A DNA stretch of 64,000 nt from Candidatus Poseidoniaceae archaeon (GCA_028356125.1 JAOMTZ010000006.1:3350-67349); one strand, 5' to 3'. Numbered from the stretch's first letter, positions 29,537 to 40,100 are shown. Notes: a model not told the origin generated them from the sequence alone. Numbers and translations: made by a program.

Positions 29537-30241
29537 TCACTCTTCTTCGGAATCTTCAGTAGGTACACGAGGTTCGTGTTCTTCAACGAAAGATACCTTG
29601 CCAGCACTGACAGCGTCTCTTAGTACAGTTACTAAGCGGAACTTCTGCATTGCAGCGTTGGTGTCGAAAAGCATGGTTTGTGGGACAACGATTGAAAGGT
29701 CATCGCCGTCAAATGTGACTACGAATCCTTCGTGACCAGTATTTGCTTCTAGTAGAGCAGATACCTTCTCTTCCTTTCCTTCGATTACCTTTACAATCTT
29801 GTAGTCGTACTTTAGTTTACGACCAGCCATAGGGTGGTTGTAGTCAATACGTGCACGACCTGCTGCAAGGTAAGAGAGAGTTCCTTGGCGACCTTCGATA
29901 GATACAGGTCCTCCAATGTACAATGACTTAGGGTCACGGACATGGCGTAGCAACTTGTCGATTGAGATAGTTTCAATTTGGTCAGGGTCTTTTTCACCAT
30001 AAGCATCTGCAGGAGCGATTTCTAGCGAAATGTCCTTGTCAGCCTTAGCGGAAAGTAGGCTTTCTTCGAATCCTGCAATCAAGTTTCCAGATCCCACGAC
30101 ACAAACTAGCGGGGTGTAGCTGCGGCCTTCCTGATGCATGTCGTGCTCCTTTGCGACATCTTCTCTAGTAGTTTCAATTAAATCGCCTGAGTCTGCGTTG
30201 TACAAATCGTACTCCACATGGACAATAGTTCCTTCTTCCAT
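29537..30241 (-). CDS. Archaeal long-type FKBP peptidyl-prolyl isomerase (SlyD-like)
   Basis: VHVEY, LIAGFEE, IAPADAYGE, IDYNHPMAGRKL and an archaeal C-terminal domain. Confidence 0.92.
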   Translation of the reverse strand: MEEGTIVHVEYDLYNADSGDLIETTREDVAKEHDMHQEGRSYTPLVCVVGSGNLIAGFEESLLSAKADKDISLEIAPADAYGEKDPDQIETISIDKLLRHVRDPKSLYIGGPVSIEGRQGTLSYLAAGRARIDYNHPMAGRKLKYDYKIVKVIEGKEEKVSALLEANTGHEGFVVTFDGDDLSIVVPQTMLFDTNAAMQKFRLVTVLRDAVSAGKVSFVEEHEPRVPTEDSEEE

Positions 30242-30296
30242 GGTAATTCACCTATCGCCCCCTACGGGGGCATTCCGGCGACCAACCATCCCTATT

Positions 30297-32603
30297 TCAA
30301 TCAGTTGGGTCATTCCGGGGTCGCCATATGGCCAGACTAGCCAATAACATGAACGTCCATCCAGCCCATACCAAATGTATTCCAGGTAGGTCATAAACCA
30401 TGATCCTGACTAAGTCACTTCCTTCCATCAAAGAGCGTGCCTGCGTGCCATCCATAATCAAAACTACATCCCCGTGCCACATAGTTACACGGTCTACTTC
30501 AGAGCGGGAACGAGTGTCAAATCTGATGACTCCTGGTTCAACAGTATCTATCAAATCCCCATCTTCATAGACATTAATCACTGCCCCCAAATAACCGTCG
30601 CCAACTTCTAAATTGTCGGTCTCGGTAACGACTTCAGTAAATTCAAATTCATAATCGCCCCATTCGACCTTTTCGTCTTTGATTAGGGTGACACTATGTG
30701 AATAAGTCCCCCTGTCAATAATTGTGGTGCTCATTACATGTCCAATGATCATCAGGACCAACCCAAAGTGAATGATGTGTGCGTATAGGGATACGTTCCT
30801 TTTGCCAGTGTTTTCTCTTATCAGTGAAAAAGTTGCAGGCAGCGCCATCAAGGCAGGCAATAGTACCACCATGCCAATTTGCCCACGTGTGAGAGATGCC
30901 CCGAGCACATCAGTTGAATCATACCCTAGCGAGTTGCCGAATAACCAAGCGACGACTATTATCAAAGGCGTAGAGATTAGGAAACCAAACACTCTCTGTG
31001 GTTTGTCTCGTAGACTCCACATCACTAATGCTATCATTAGTGCTGCAATGAATGGTGCTCCATACAGCTCGTGAGCAGCTAGTTGTATCGAATCGATGCT
31101 AGAGATAAGTATCACTAATGTCAAAATAAGATACAGTCCGACCACTACTACTGGAGCCCATAGTGCAATTCGTTGCTGGTATTTTCTTTCCTTGAATGAG
31201 AAATTCGACTCTTCATTATCCCCGGCTACTAGCCAAGGCGTGATGAAAGCAATCATGCCTATTGCACAAATCCATATGTCCAGCATTCCAGACCACGATG
31301 CCGATAGGAATAGTACTACTCCTGCACTAGCCCATCCCCAAGCCTTGAGCCGTTCTTTCTCGAATATCAATCCAAATGCGAATAGCAGCGAAAGCAATTC
31401 GAACAATACCATTCCATGTTCAATCCTTAGCAGTACCATTACTCCTGGCAATGCGAACCATTTCCAATCATGTCCCTTGGGTAGTGATCTTATTCCAGCC
31501 TCAACAAATGGACCTAGGCCCAAAATCACCAGCAAAGTAGGAGGGAACCCATCTAGTACGTCTCCTCCACCTGCAACTCCCATCATTGCAATTAGGGGCA
31601 ACATTGCTAGCCACCACTTAGAAAATTCAGTACCTAATCTGGATGCTAAAAATATCCCCATGAGTTGTATTATGGCTAATAGGTAAACAATGACCTCTAT
31701 ACCACTGATGTCAGATAATATTAGCATAATCCTGCCAAAAACGTCTCCTGGAGGGGAGCCTTCGGAATTGATTACGAAAGTGTGTACGCTCACAGCCCAA
31801 ACACCACCGGCTCTAGTAACCATAGTAGCAAATAATGCCAATGCGCCAGTTGCCATTCCAATTCCGGCCCACATATGATCGGATGTTTTACCAGGTCTTG
31901 TTCTAAGGTGAAGTAATACCACTAAACTAATCCATGGGAGTAATGAGCCAGTCTCCACAGGATCCCATGCCCAATATCCTCCCCAGTCTAGTATTAAGTA
32001 AGCCCAAAGTCCTCCAAGGCCAATGCCTAGAGTTGAGAAAAAGAATGCAGGTCTTGCAACTTGAATCAAGCTATCCTTTACTCCATCACTTGATGTCATC
32101 AGGGATGTAATTGCTATTATTGCTAGCGTTATGCACAACGAGTATGCAAGGAATATGAGAGGTGGGTGAATAATCATCAAATCTGTTTGTAATAGTTCAT
32201 TTAAGCCAGGTCCAGAGGACTCTGCTTCCTTGAATGGCTGTAATATCCAAGCTACCAGTAGTAGGGTTAATGCAAAACCATTCATCATTCGAACCCGCAT
32301 TAGGTGAGTTTCTTCATTTTCACCAGACAATGGATTACGCCAGATTGTAGTCAAAAGAGCCATCCACGCTGCCCATAGCAAGATTGGCCCCTCTCTTGCA
32401 GCCCAAGTTGCAGCAAAGCGATACTTAAGCGGTAAATCCTCTCCTCCATACCATGCTACCAAATGTATCGAATTGTAATCCATGGTGAACATTGCAGCTA
32501 GCACAAAAAACGGTAAAGCCAGAATCCATGTAATTCTCGCATCGGGTTTGTATGTCACCCATGCTGCTGTCACTACAGCAAGAGGCATCAATAGAGATTC
32601 CAT
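30297..32603 (-). CDS. ccmF: Cytochrome c biogenesis protein CcmF/NrfE-like
   Basis: WAAREG, IHPP, GGLWAY..LDWGGYWAWDPVETGSLLPW, SVHTF and AHIIHFG. Confidence 0.88.
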   Translation of the reverse strand: MESLLMPLAVVTAAWVTYKPDARITWILALPFFVLAAMFTMDYNSIHLVAWYGGEDLPLKYRFAATWAAREGPILLWAAWMALLTTIWRNPLSGENEETHLMRVRMMNGFALTLLLVAWILQPFKEAESSGPGLNELLQTDLMIIHPPLIFLAYSLCITLAIIAITSLMTSSDGVKDSLIQVARPAFFFSTLGIGLGGLWAYLILDWGGYWAWDPVETGSLLPWISLVVLLHLRTRPGKTSDHMWAGIGMATGALALFATMVTRAGGVWAVSVHTFVINSEGSPPGDVFGRIMLILSDISGIEVIVYLLAIIQLMGIFLASRLGTEFSKWWLAMLPLIAMMGVAGGGDVLDGFPPTLLVILGLGPFVEAGIRSLPKGHDWKWFALPGVMVLLRIEHGMVLFELLSLLFAFGLIFEKERLKAWGWASAGVVLFLSASWSGMLDIWICAIGMIAFITPWLVAGDNEESNFSFKERKYQQRIALWAPVVVVGLYLILTLVILISSIDSIQLAAHELYGAPFIAALMIALVMWSLRDKPQRVFGFLISTPLIIVVAWLFGNSLGYDSTDVLGASLTRGQIGMVVLLPALMALPATFSLIRENTGKRNVSLYAHIIHFGLVLMIIGHVMSTTIIDRGTYSHSVTLIKDEKVEWGDYEFEFTEVVTETDNLEVGDGYLGAVINVYEDGDLIDTVEPGVIRFDTRSRSEVDRVTMWHGDVVLIMDGTQARSLMEGSDLVRIMVYDLPGIHLVWAGWTFMLLASLAIWRPRNDPTD

Positions 32604-32607
32604 CGAT

Positions 32608-33834
32608 TCACCAACCGAAATGCTTAGCTCTTGAATAACCGAATGAAAGTAATACGCTGATTACTCCTTTAGTATACAGGATTGGGTGCCTAACTAACAA
32701 CTTCGTACCAATCCAAATTTTGTCTAATGGCGACATAGAACCCAATTCTTCAGGCAAGCAGTGTGCCATATTGGACAATTCCTGGTCAGATAATTCATAC
32801 AGTGATGTTTTACCCTTCAGTATTTTGTGGTAAGGGGGGAACTTCTTTTTCCATGCTTTGACATAAGGTTGCATGTTTTTGTCAGAAAGATCTCCTAAGT
32901 TAATCGCTTTAGAGATTGTTTGAGCCGCTTCTCTTCCTGACCAAAGTGCAAGATGTGAGCCTCCTTCGAATAGAGGAGAAGTAAATCCTGCTGCATCTCC
33001 AACTAGGATTAGGCCGTCGCCTGTAGTAATTTCTCGAGGCCCGGATATTGGAATTGTGCCTCCAAATGGTTTTGGTTTACTACCTGGTTTTCTCCATTCA
33101 GGATTCTGAACGCCTTTGCCTTTCAAGTAAGTATCTTCGACGAATTTGTCTAGGTATTTGATGGCGCCTTTTTTGTCGGTTGTAACAAGTCCGACATTCG
33201 CTCTACCGCCTTTCTTAGGAATCATCCACACGTATCCGTGTGGCGAATATTCAGGCCATAAGTAGAAGTCCAGATAACCGTCATTTTCAACTTCAGTCAT
33301 CTCGTATTGAAACCCTGCAATGACCTCAACTTCAGTGCCCATGTCTAGCAATTTGGTGGCGGCCCCGGTCACTCCTGAAGCGTCAATAACCGCTTTACAT
33401 TCAATTGGAAATTCATTTCCTCTGCCATCAATTTTCCAATTGACAAATTCATTTTCGCTATTGTAAACTCTTTCCATAGATGTAACTCTGTGAGATAGGT
33501 GTAAACTAGCGCCTGCTTTAACAGACTCATCGCATAACCATTGTTCGAATTTATGTTTCTCCAAAACGTATCCTTTCTCAGTTAACAATTTAGCTGTTCC
33601 ATCTGGGAAAATTACTCTTATTCCTTTGCAATCTAGAGCAACCACTTCCTCTGGTAATTCTAGATCTAAATTATCTATCGCCATCTGCGATAGGCACTCG
33701 CCACAATGAACGGGGACTCCCACTTCAGGGTCAGCCTCAACTATCATGGTACTGAGTCCTGCGCGAGCAGAGTGTAGAGCGGCAGAACCCCCTCCGGGTC
33801 CGGCTCCAATAACCAGAACATCACAACTCGCCAT
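32608..33834 (-). CDS. Geranylgeranyl reductase family flavoprotein
   Basis: GAGPGG, VGVPVHCGE, PHGYVWMIPK and LVGDAAGFTSPLFEGG. Confidence 0.9.
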   Translation of the reverse strand: MASCDVLVIGAGPGGGSAALHSARAGLSTMIVEADPEVGVPVHCGECLSQMAIDNLDLELPEEVVALDCKGIRVIFPDGTAKLLTEKGYVLEKHKFEQWLCDESVKAGASLHLSHRVTSMERVYNSENEFVNWKIDGRGNEFPIECKAVIDASGVTGAATKLLDMGTEVEVIAGFQYEMTEVENDGYLDFYLWPEYSPHGYVWMIPKKGGRANVGLVTTDKKGAIKYLDKFVEDTYLKGKGVQNPEWRKPGSKPKPFGGTIPISGPREITTGDGLILVGDAAGFTSPLFEGGSHLALWSGREAAQTISKAINLGDLSDKNMQPYVKAWKKKFPPYHKILKGKTSLYELSDQELSNMAHCLPEELGSMSPLDKIWIGTKLLVRHPILYTKGVISVLLSFGYSRAKHFGW

Positions 33835-33853
33835 GCCTCCCCGTAGGGGAGGC
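33835..33853. promoter_or_regulatory. Perfect GC-rich palindrome with GTA/TAC triloop abutting the GGR start codon
   Basis: GCCTCCCC-GTA-GGGGAGGC. Its function is inferred from position only. Confidence 0.45.
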
Positions 33854-33913
33854 GGGACTTCAATGAGTCGGCGGAGAACAAGTATTCATGAGCAATGTCG
33901 GTCAGGAACTGGT

Positions 33914-35839
33914 ATGGCCTGGCGTAATATGACTCGTTGGCTCGCTCACTTAGAGAAGAATGGCGAGTTACTGCGTATCATTGAGCCAGTAGATGTCGAA
34001 CTTGAGGCTGGTGCGATTGCAGACCGTCTGGTCAAATCGGGAGGTAAGGCGGTTCTGTTCGAAAAACCGCGTCTGCCAAATGGAGAAATTAGTGAAATCC
34101 CGCTCGCAATGAACCTTTTCGGATCTCATGACAGAACTCTTAGGGCGCTTGGAGCTTCACATCCAACGGAAGTCGGCGACAGACTCGTAGCCTTGATGAA
34201 GCCAGATATCGGCGGGATTGTCAAGAGGCCATGGACTGGCCTGCCGCTGCTAAGAGATGCAATTTCAATGCCTCCGAAGAAAGTTTGGAGAGGGTCTTGC
34301 CAAAGAGTCAAAATGGATGTTGATGTAACTAAATTACCTATACCCAAGACCTGGCCAATAGACGGTGGTCGTTACATCACACTACCTCTTGTTGTCACCA
34401 AAGATCCAAATTCTGGCGAACACAATCTTGGAATGTACCGAGGTCAAATATTCGGCCCAAAGGAAGTTGGGTTACACTGGCAAATTCACAAGCACGGTGC
34501 AGATCATGCCGCAGCATGGCCTGATGGCAAGATGCCAGTAGCAATATGTATTGGCGGGCCCCCTGAATTGATTTTCTCCGCTATCGCTCCACTCCCTGAT
34601 AATTTAGAAGAATACATGTTCGCAGGTTTCCTTGGTAAGAGGAGATTAAGAATTACTAAGGCGCTTACTCAGGATTTGATGGTTCCTGCAGATGCTGACG
34701 TAGTAATTGAGGGATGGGTTGATGCTACTAAGACCCGAACAGAGGGGCCTTTTGGAGACCATTTCGGGTTTTACTCACTTACTGGACAGTACCCCGTGCT
34801 GAATGTCACGGCTGTTACCAGAAGAAAAAATGCAGTATTACCTGCTACTATTGTGGGCCAACCCCCAATGGAAGACGGATATTTAGGTGAGGCGATTGGT
34901 AAACAATTCAGGCCTATACTTTCTTTCCAGCATCGCGATGTACTAGACTTACATCTTCCACTTGAAACAGGGTTCCATAATTTAGCCATAGTAAAGAGTA
35001 AGCAAAGGTATCCTCGGCAAGCTAGGAAAACCTGCCTTGGATTACTTGGTGCTGGGCAAATGATGTTCTTGAAAATCCTGATTGCTACAGATGAAAACCC
35101 TAGTGATTTGGAATCTCTACTAGATGTTCTTAATGACAGAGTCGATCCAAATTCTGATATCACAATTATCGATGGAATGGTCAGCGATTCTCTAGAGCCG
35201 GCTTCTACATTTGAGAACGTACATTCCAAGTTGATTATAGATGCTACAAAATTAGTGACTGCCGATCCTAGAAGCGGCAGTCCCCTCGAAGGCTCATTCG
35301 TAGAAGACTGCCCTCCTTGGCGTAAAGGCGAGGAAGATGCTCCTGGGATAAGTGAATCCTTAGTTGCAGAAATTAAGGATTTAGAAGGCGTCGAAGACGC
35401 CCTATTATTGAGAAATTCAATGTTAATTGTTACAGTGGAAATCGAAGGGAGGCCCGATCCTCGTACTGGTGCACAATGGCCAAATGAGGAGGATGCTGAA
35501 GCCCAAAGAAATAAAATAAACCAATTGCGAAATTCAATTTGGCAATTGGACTCACAAAAAAGCCTAAGGTGGTTATTCGTTACTGATAACGACCTGAATT
35601 TACACGGCGAGGGAATCAATCGTAGGCTGTTGTGGCAACTAACTTCACGCTTCGCAGTTGAACGTGATTTCATCGTAGAAGATGGCCGGATTTTCTGGGA
35701 TGCCACCACTCCGATTCCTTCTAATGATGGTCCGACTCCGGTAAGGCGTTGGCCAGCGATTACAATGCATGATCCCGAAACTCTCCAATCGATTGAGAGG
35801 TTCAATCTGCCGCCTTGGCCTGACAATTTGGTGATGTGA
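33914..35839 (+). CDS. UbiD-family decarboxylase (menaquinone futalosine-pathway MqnL-like)
   Basis: GGRYITLP, NLGMYR, HWQIHKHG, EGPFGDHFGFYS, ATIVGQPPMEDGY and LLGAGQMMFLK. Confidence 0.9.
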   Translation: MAWRNMTRWLAHLEKNGELLRIIEPVDVELEAGAIADRLVKSGGKAVLFEKPRLPNGEISEIPLAMNLFGSHDRTLRALGASHPTEVGDRLVALMKPDIGGIVKRPWTGLPLLRDAISMPPKKVWRGSCQRVKMDVDVTKLPIPKTWPIDGGRYITLPLVVTKDPNSGEHNLGMYRGQIFGPKEVGLHWQIHKHGADHAAAWPDGKMPVAICIGGPPELIFSAIAPLPDNLEEYMFAGFLGKRRLRITKALTQDLMVPADADVVIEGWVDATKTRTEGPFGDHFGFYSLTGQYPVLNVTAVTRRKNAVLPATIVGQPPMEDGYLGEAIGKQFRPILSFQHRDVLDLHLPLETGFHNLAIVKSKQRYPRQARKTCLGLLGAGQMMFLKILIATDENPSDLESLLDVLNDRVDPNSDITIIDGMVSDSLEPASTFENVHSKLIIDATKLVTADPRSGSPLEGSFVEDCPPWRKGEEDAPGISESLVAEIKDLEGVEDALLLRNSMLIVTVEIEGRPDPRTGAQWPNEEDAEAQRNKINQLRNSIWQLDSQKSLRWLFVTDNDLNLHGEGINRRLLWQLTSRFAVERDFIVEDGRIFWDATTPIPSNDGPTPVRRWPAITMHDPETLQSIERFNLPPWPDNLVM

Positions 35840-36646
35840 GTGGACCTCAAACAGATTGCATCGTTTGTGAAAATCGAGCACACTCTGTTTAGCCTACCTT
35901 TCGTTTTTATCGGCGCTTACATGGCAGGCGACCCTACTTATTCACAATTAATTTGGATTCTCGTTGCAGCGGTTGGAGCACGAGGTTTGGCAATGGGCCT
36001 CAATCGTATAATTGACCGAGATATTGATGCGGCAAATCCAAGGACAGCGAAGAGGCATTTGGCGTCGGGGGCTATGTCGCTCCAGACAGCATGGACTCTA
36101 TGTGGGGTTTTCTTGGTAATGTTGGTTGGTGGGGCTTGGATGCTAAACCCTCTTTGTCTATATTTATCTCCAATACCTGTTGCAGCCTTCGTGGTATATC
36201 CGTATCTCAAAAGGTACACTTGGTTGTGCCATTGGTGGCTTGGTTGTTGTCTAGCATTAGCTCCTGCAGGCGCTTGGGTTGCTATAAATGGCGAAATTTC
36301 ATCTAATTCTTGGTACCCGGATTTGTTGTATGTGTCTCTGGGTGTTCTGGTTTGGATTGCAGCGTTTGATTTAGGATATGCGCAAATGGATATTGAAAGC
36401 GACAAACAGAATGGCGTCAATTCCTTCCCTGCAAGATTCTCACCTCCTGTCACTATGTCTGTAATGTTGCTATCGACTCCTCTATGGGCTGCAGCGTTTT
36501 CAGTAGTTTCAATTGTAGGGTCTATTATTTCGTTGATTCTGGTCCTTGTGGTCTTGTCTGCATCTGGATCACAATTCCAAAACTGGTGGTTTAGAGCTCA
36601 TGTTTCCACTGGTTGGATTCTGTTGATTGGAATGCAACTTTCATAG
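35840..36646 (+). CDS. UbiA-family prenyltransferase (MqnP-like)
   Basis: KIEHTLFSLPF, NRIIDRDIDAANPRT, YPYLKR and FDLGYAQMDIESD. Confidence 0.92.
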   Translation: MDLKQIASFVKIEHTLFSLPFVFIGAYMAGDPTYSQLIWILVAAVGARGLAMGLNRIIDRDIDAANPRTAKRHLASGAMSLQTAWTLCGVFLVMLVGGAWMLNPLCLYLSPIPVAAFVVYPYLKRYTWLCHWWLGCCLALAPAGAWVAINGEISSNSWYPDLLYVSLGVLVWIAAFDLGYAQMDIESDKQNGVNSFPARFSPPVTMSVMLLSTPLWAAAFSVVSIVGSIISLILVLVVLSASGSQFQNWWFRAHVSTGWILLIGMQLS

Positions 36647-36669
36647 AGCGGCGACACTCCCCTATGTGC

Positions 36670-37047
36670 ATGAATCCAATCGTCATGTCCTTACTTGAAT
36701 TTAACCAAGCATTTGAAATTCCTCGACTTGGAAGTCCAGGTTTAGGTCCCGGTGAATTGATTGAATTACGAATAAAACTCTTGATGGAAGAAGTTCAAGA
36801 GTATGCTGAAGCGGCAAGAGCAGGCGATTTGGTAGAAGTTCTGGATGCATTGGCTGATATTGGTTACATTCTTGCGGGAACAATAATCAATCACGGCATG
36901 CAAGATATTTATGACGATGCCTTCAACGAGGTACATCGCTCTAATATGGCTAAATTAGTCGATGGTAAAGTTATCCGAAGAGAGGATGGTAAGGTCCTGA
37001 AGCCAGCAGGATGGCAACCTCCTCAACTCGCTCAATTCCTCCAGTGA
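36670..37047 (+). CDS. MazG-like (all-alpha) NTP pyrophosphohydrolase, DR2231-like
   Basis: EEVQEY...DALADIGYI..G...EVHRSNMAK...REDGKVLKP.GW. Confidence 0.85.
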   Translation: MNPIVMSLLEFNQAFEIPRLGSPGLGPGELIELRIKLLMEEVQEYAEAARAGDLVEVLDALADIGYILAGTIINHGMQDIYDDAFNEVHRSNMAKLVDGKVIRREDGKVLKPAGWQPPQLAQFLQ

Positions 37048-37060
37048 GTTATTCAGTAAG

Positions 37061-37079
37061 TGCCCTCCTACGGAGGGCA
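37061..37079. promoter_or_regulatory. Perfect GC-rich palindrome with TAC triloop abutting the SDR start codon
   Basis: TGCCCTCC-TAC-GGAGGGCA(TG). Its function is inferred from position only. Confidence 0.45.
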
Positions 37080-37804
37080 TGCGCACAGCTTTAGTTACGG
37101 GGGGTGGCCGCGGAATAGGGGCTGCAATCTCTAGGCGGCTTGCTAAAGATGGCTATCGCATATTACTGACCTACTGCAATGCATCTAAGCCGGCAGAGAT
37201 GGTCGTTGATGAAATTAGAGATTCGGGAATAGATGCTGTGGCGGCTAATTGCGATGTTACGGATGCCAGGGAGGTTGCCTTATTGGCTACTCATCCATGG
37301 GTGATTGAAGGAATCGATGTGCTCGTTCTCAATCATGGCAGATATGACAGGATAGATGCCAAGGATCTGGATTTGACACATCTTAGGCGTACTATGTCTA
37401 CTAATTTCGAAGGCGCTTTCTTAGTATGGGATTCAGTTAAAAATCAACTTTCAAGTGATGCAAGAATCTGTGTGATTGGCAGCCAACTCGGGACTAGAGG
37501 TTCATCTCACGGCGCAGACTACTCTGCTTCGAAAGCCGCACTTGCCACATGGGCTCGATCATTGGCTCAGTCACTAGCTCCAGAAGGTAAGAGGGTAAAC
37601 ATCGTGGCTCCAGGTTTTGTTGATACCGATATCTTAGCGGGCGATAGTCCCGAGAAGAGGTCTAGTCGCAAGGAAGAGGTCCCGCTAAAGAGAATCGGAA
37701 CTCCTGAAGATATCGCTGGCACAGTATCATTCCTTGTTGGCAATGAATCGAATTATATCACCGGTGCAGTGATACATGTTAATGGCGGTTTATACCTGCC
37801 TTGA
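37079..37804 (+). CDS. SDR family oxidoreductase (FabG-like)
   Basis: TGGGRGIG, YSASK, NIVAPGFVDT and YITGAVIHVNGG. Confidence 0.92.
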   Translation: MRTALVTGGGRGIGAAISRRLAKDGYRILLTYCNASKPAEMVVDEIRDSGIDAVAANCDVTDAREVALLATHPWVIEGIDVLVLNHGRYDRIDAKDLDLTHLRRTMSTNFEGAFLVWDSVKNQLSSDARICVIGSQLGTRGSSHGADYSASKAALATWARSLAQSLAPEGKRVNIVAPGFVDTDILAGDSPEKRSSRKEEVPLKRIGTPEDIAGTVSFLVGNESNYITGAVIHVNGGLYLP

Positions 37805-37814
37805 TGGTGAGAAA

Positions 37815-40100
37815 ATGAGTGATCCCTTCGACATATCGAAGGCCCTTGAAGGGGCGGTGAAAGACAAGCTTTCACCAGACGTTGCACGCTTTAGAATTCA
37901 CTCGAATCACGAGCCTGCAGGCGACCAAGAAAAAGCAATTGAAAAATTAGTTTCTCAATTGGAAAATGCGCAACAAAGATGCGTACTTTTGGGGGTCACA
38001 GGATCCGGTAAAACATTCGCAATGGCGCACTTGATTGAGAGGCTAAATATTCCGACTTTAATCATGAGTCACAACAAAACTTTAGCGCGCCAATTATACC
38101 AAGAAATGGCAGGACTTTTTCCCGAAAACAGGGTCGAATATTTCGTATCTCATTACGACTATTATCAGCCCGAAGCCTACCTTCCTAAACGCGACCTGTA
38201 CATCGACAAAGAATTGTCAATCAATGAACGAATAGAGCAGGAGAGATTCGCCACAGTTGCAAGTTTGGTAAGCCGGCCAGATTGTGTAGTGGTATCATCT
38301 GTATCCTGTATCTATGGTCTGAACGCTCCAGAAACATTCCTGGCATATCACTGCCGAATACACGTTAACCAAGAAATCGAGCCAATTGATTTGATAAGAG
38401 AATTAGTTGCATTACAATACAGCCGAACTACTACTGATTTACAACGCGGCGATGTCAGACTACGAGGTGAAAATCTCGATGTTTGGATGCCGAGCCGTGA
38501 TGACCCATTGAGGATCAGATTTGGATTCGAAGGGGTAGAACATATTCAGATATGTGACCCAGTTACATGGGAAGTCCTCGATGAGTTAGAAGAGGCCTGG
38601 ATTCACCCGAAAGAGTTCTTCATGGTGTCACCTGAGAGATTTGAAAATGCTTTGGAGAATATTGAGACTGAATTAGATGGGCGAGTTGCCGAGTTGAAGA
38701 GTCAAAACCAAGAAATCGAAGCAAACCGGTTAGAGCAAAGAACCAGATATGATTTGGAGATGCTCCGCGAGATTGGGCACTGCACTGCAGTAGAGAACTA
38801 TTCAATGCACTTTGATGGCAGAGAACACGGTGAGCGCCCATATTGTCTGCTTGACTTCTTTGCAGCTGCTGCTAAGCAATTCCATGGCAATCCCGACAAG
38901 TTCCTTGTAATAATGGACGAGTCCCACGTTACATTGCCTCAAGTTGGAGGCATGTATGGTGGCGATAGAAGCCGTAAACTGAATTTAATCGAACATGGTT
39001 TCAGACTACCTTCAGCAGCAGACAACCGTCCTCTAAAAATCAATGAATTCCAGAGTTTAATTCCTCAGATGGTTTACGTCAGCGCAACTCCTGGTGAGAG
39101 GGAGTTGCTACATCTCTGTGAGATAACAGGCCAAGATGCACCTATGGGGTTGAGGCATGTTGCAGGGGGCGGTGGTGTAGAAGAGCCAGAGTATGCAAAA
39201 AAGCATCCTGATTCAGAGAGTATGTACGACATGCTCCAAATGATTGAAGAAATCCCACGAATGGAAATAAGGCCTACTGGGTTACTAGATCCAACAATCG
39301 AAGTACGTGGTACAGAAGGACAGGTTGCCGATTTATTGTCTGAGATAAATGCGAGAATAAAAGTCGGAGAGCGAACTTTGGTCACAGTACTGACAATAAA
39401 GTTCGCAGAAGAGGTTGCTCAATATCTCAACAAGATGGGTATCAAGGCCCATCACTTGCATTCAGAGATTGATACTATTGAGCGAACTGAAATCCTTAAT
39501 GCCCTTAGAATCGGACATATTGATGCAATTGTTGGAATTAATCTCTTGCGAGAAGGTTTGGATATTCCAGAAGTAAGCCTAGTTGCGATTTTCGATGCAG
39601 ACAGACAAGGCTTCCTTCGAAACGAAAGAAGTCTTCTACAGACCATCGGCAGAGCAGCTCGCAACTCTAGTGGAAAAGTGATTCTTTATGCCGATTCAAT
39701 GAGTCCTCCAATGACCGCTTCAATACGTCAAACCTTAGAGAGGAGACAAAGGCAAAACGCGCACAATGAGAAACACGGAATCACTCCAGCCACTATTCAA
39801 AAAGCCCTCCCAAAGATGGGAAGCGATGTTGACGAATTGATCGCTGGAACCTCTGGTGGGAAGAGATTAGTCGGCTCTAAAGGTGGCCGTAAGAGTGGTG
39901 ATTGGGCGAGTAACTTGAAGGTAGGTGCAGGGCAATGGACCTCTTCAAACTCGGTCAACAACAACATTTCACAACCAATTGAAGAAATTGATTATCCAAT
40001 TGAAGAATTAAAAGAGATGATGCAGCAAGCTGCGCTCGAACTAGACTTCGAAAGAGCAGCAATGTTGCGAGACAAGATTCTCGAACTAGAATCCTCATGA
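37815..40100 (+). CDS. uvrB: Excinuclease ABC subunit B
   Basis: PAGDQ, GVTGSGKT, YYQPEAYLP, DESH, VSATPG, NLLREGLD, QTIGRAARN and a C-terminal UVR coiled coil (LDFERAAMLRD). GGTGA SD precedes ATG 37815. Confidence 0.96.
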   Translation: MSDPFDISKALEGAVKDKLSPDVARFRIHSNHEPAGDQEKAIEKLVSQLENAQQRCVLLGVTGSGKTFAMAHLIERLNIPTLIMSHNKTLARQLYQEMAGLFPENRVEYFVSHYDYYQPEAYLPKRDLYIDKELSINERIEQERFATVASLVSRPDCVVVSSVSCIYGLNAPETFLAYHCRIHVNQEIEPIDLIRELVALQYSRTTTDLQRGDVRLRGENLDVWMPSRDDPLRIRFGFEGVEHIQICDPVTWEVLDELEEAWIHPKEFFMVSPERFENALENIETELDGRVAELKSQNQEIEANRLEQRTRYDLEMLREIGHCTAVENYSMHFDGREHGERPYCLLDFFAAAAKQFHGNPDKFLVIMDESHVTLPQVGGMYGGDRSRKLNLIEHGFRLPSAADNRPLKINEFQSLIPQMVYVSATPGERELLHLCEITGQDAPMGLRHVAGGGGVEEPEYAKKHPDSESMYDMLQMIEEIPRMEIRPTGLLDPTIEVRGTEGQVADLLSEINARIKVGERTLVTVLTIKFAEEVAQYLNKMGIKAHHLHSEIDTIERTEILNALRIGHIDAIVGINLLREGLDIPEVSLVAIFDADRQGFLRNERSLLQTIGRAARNSSGKVILYADSMSPPMTASIRQTLERRQRQNAHNEKHGITPATIQKALPKMGSDVDELIAGTSGGKRLVGSKGGRKSGDWASNLKVGAGQWTSSNSVNNNISQPIEEIDYPIEELKEMMQQAALELDFERAAMLRDKILELESS

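Noticed and set aside
31096-31686. 196-aa plus-strand ORF
   Set aside because: It is an antisense shadow of ccmF.
34771-35883. 370-aa antisense ORF
   Set aside because: It lies almost entirely opposite the well-supported UbiD gene, has Ser/Ile-rich composition typical of shadow ORFs and shows no motifs.
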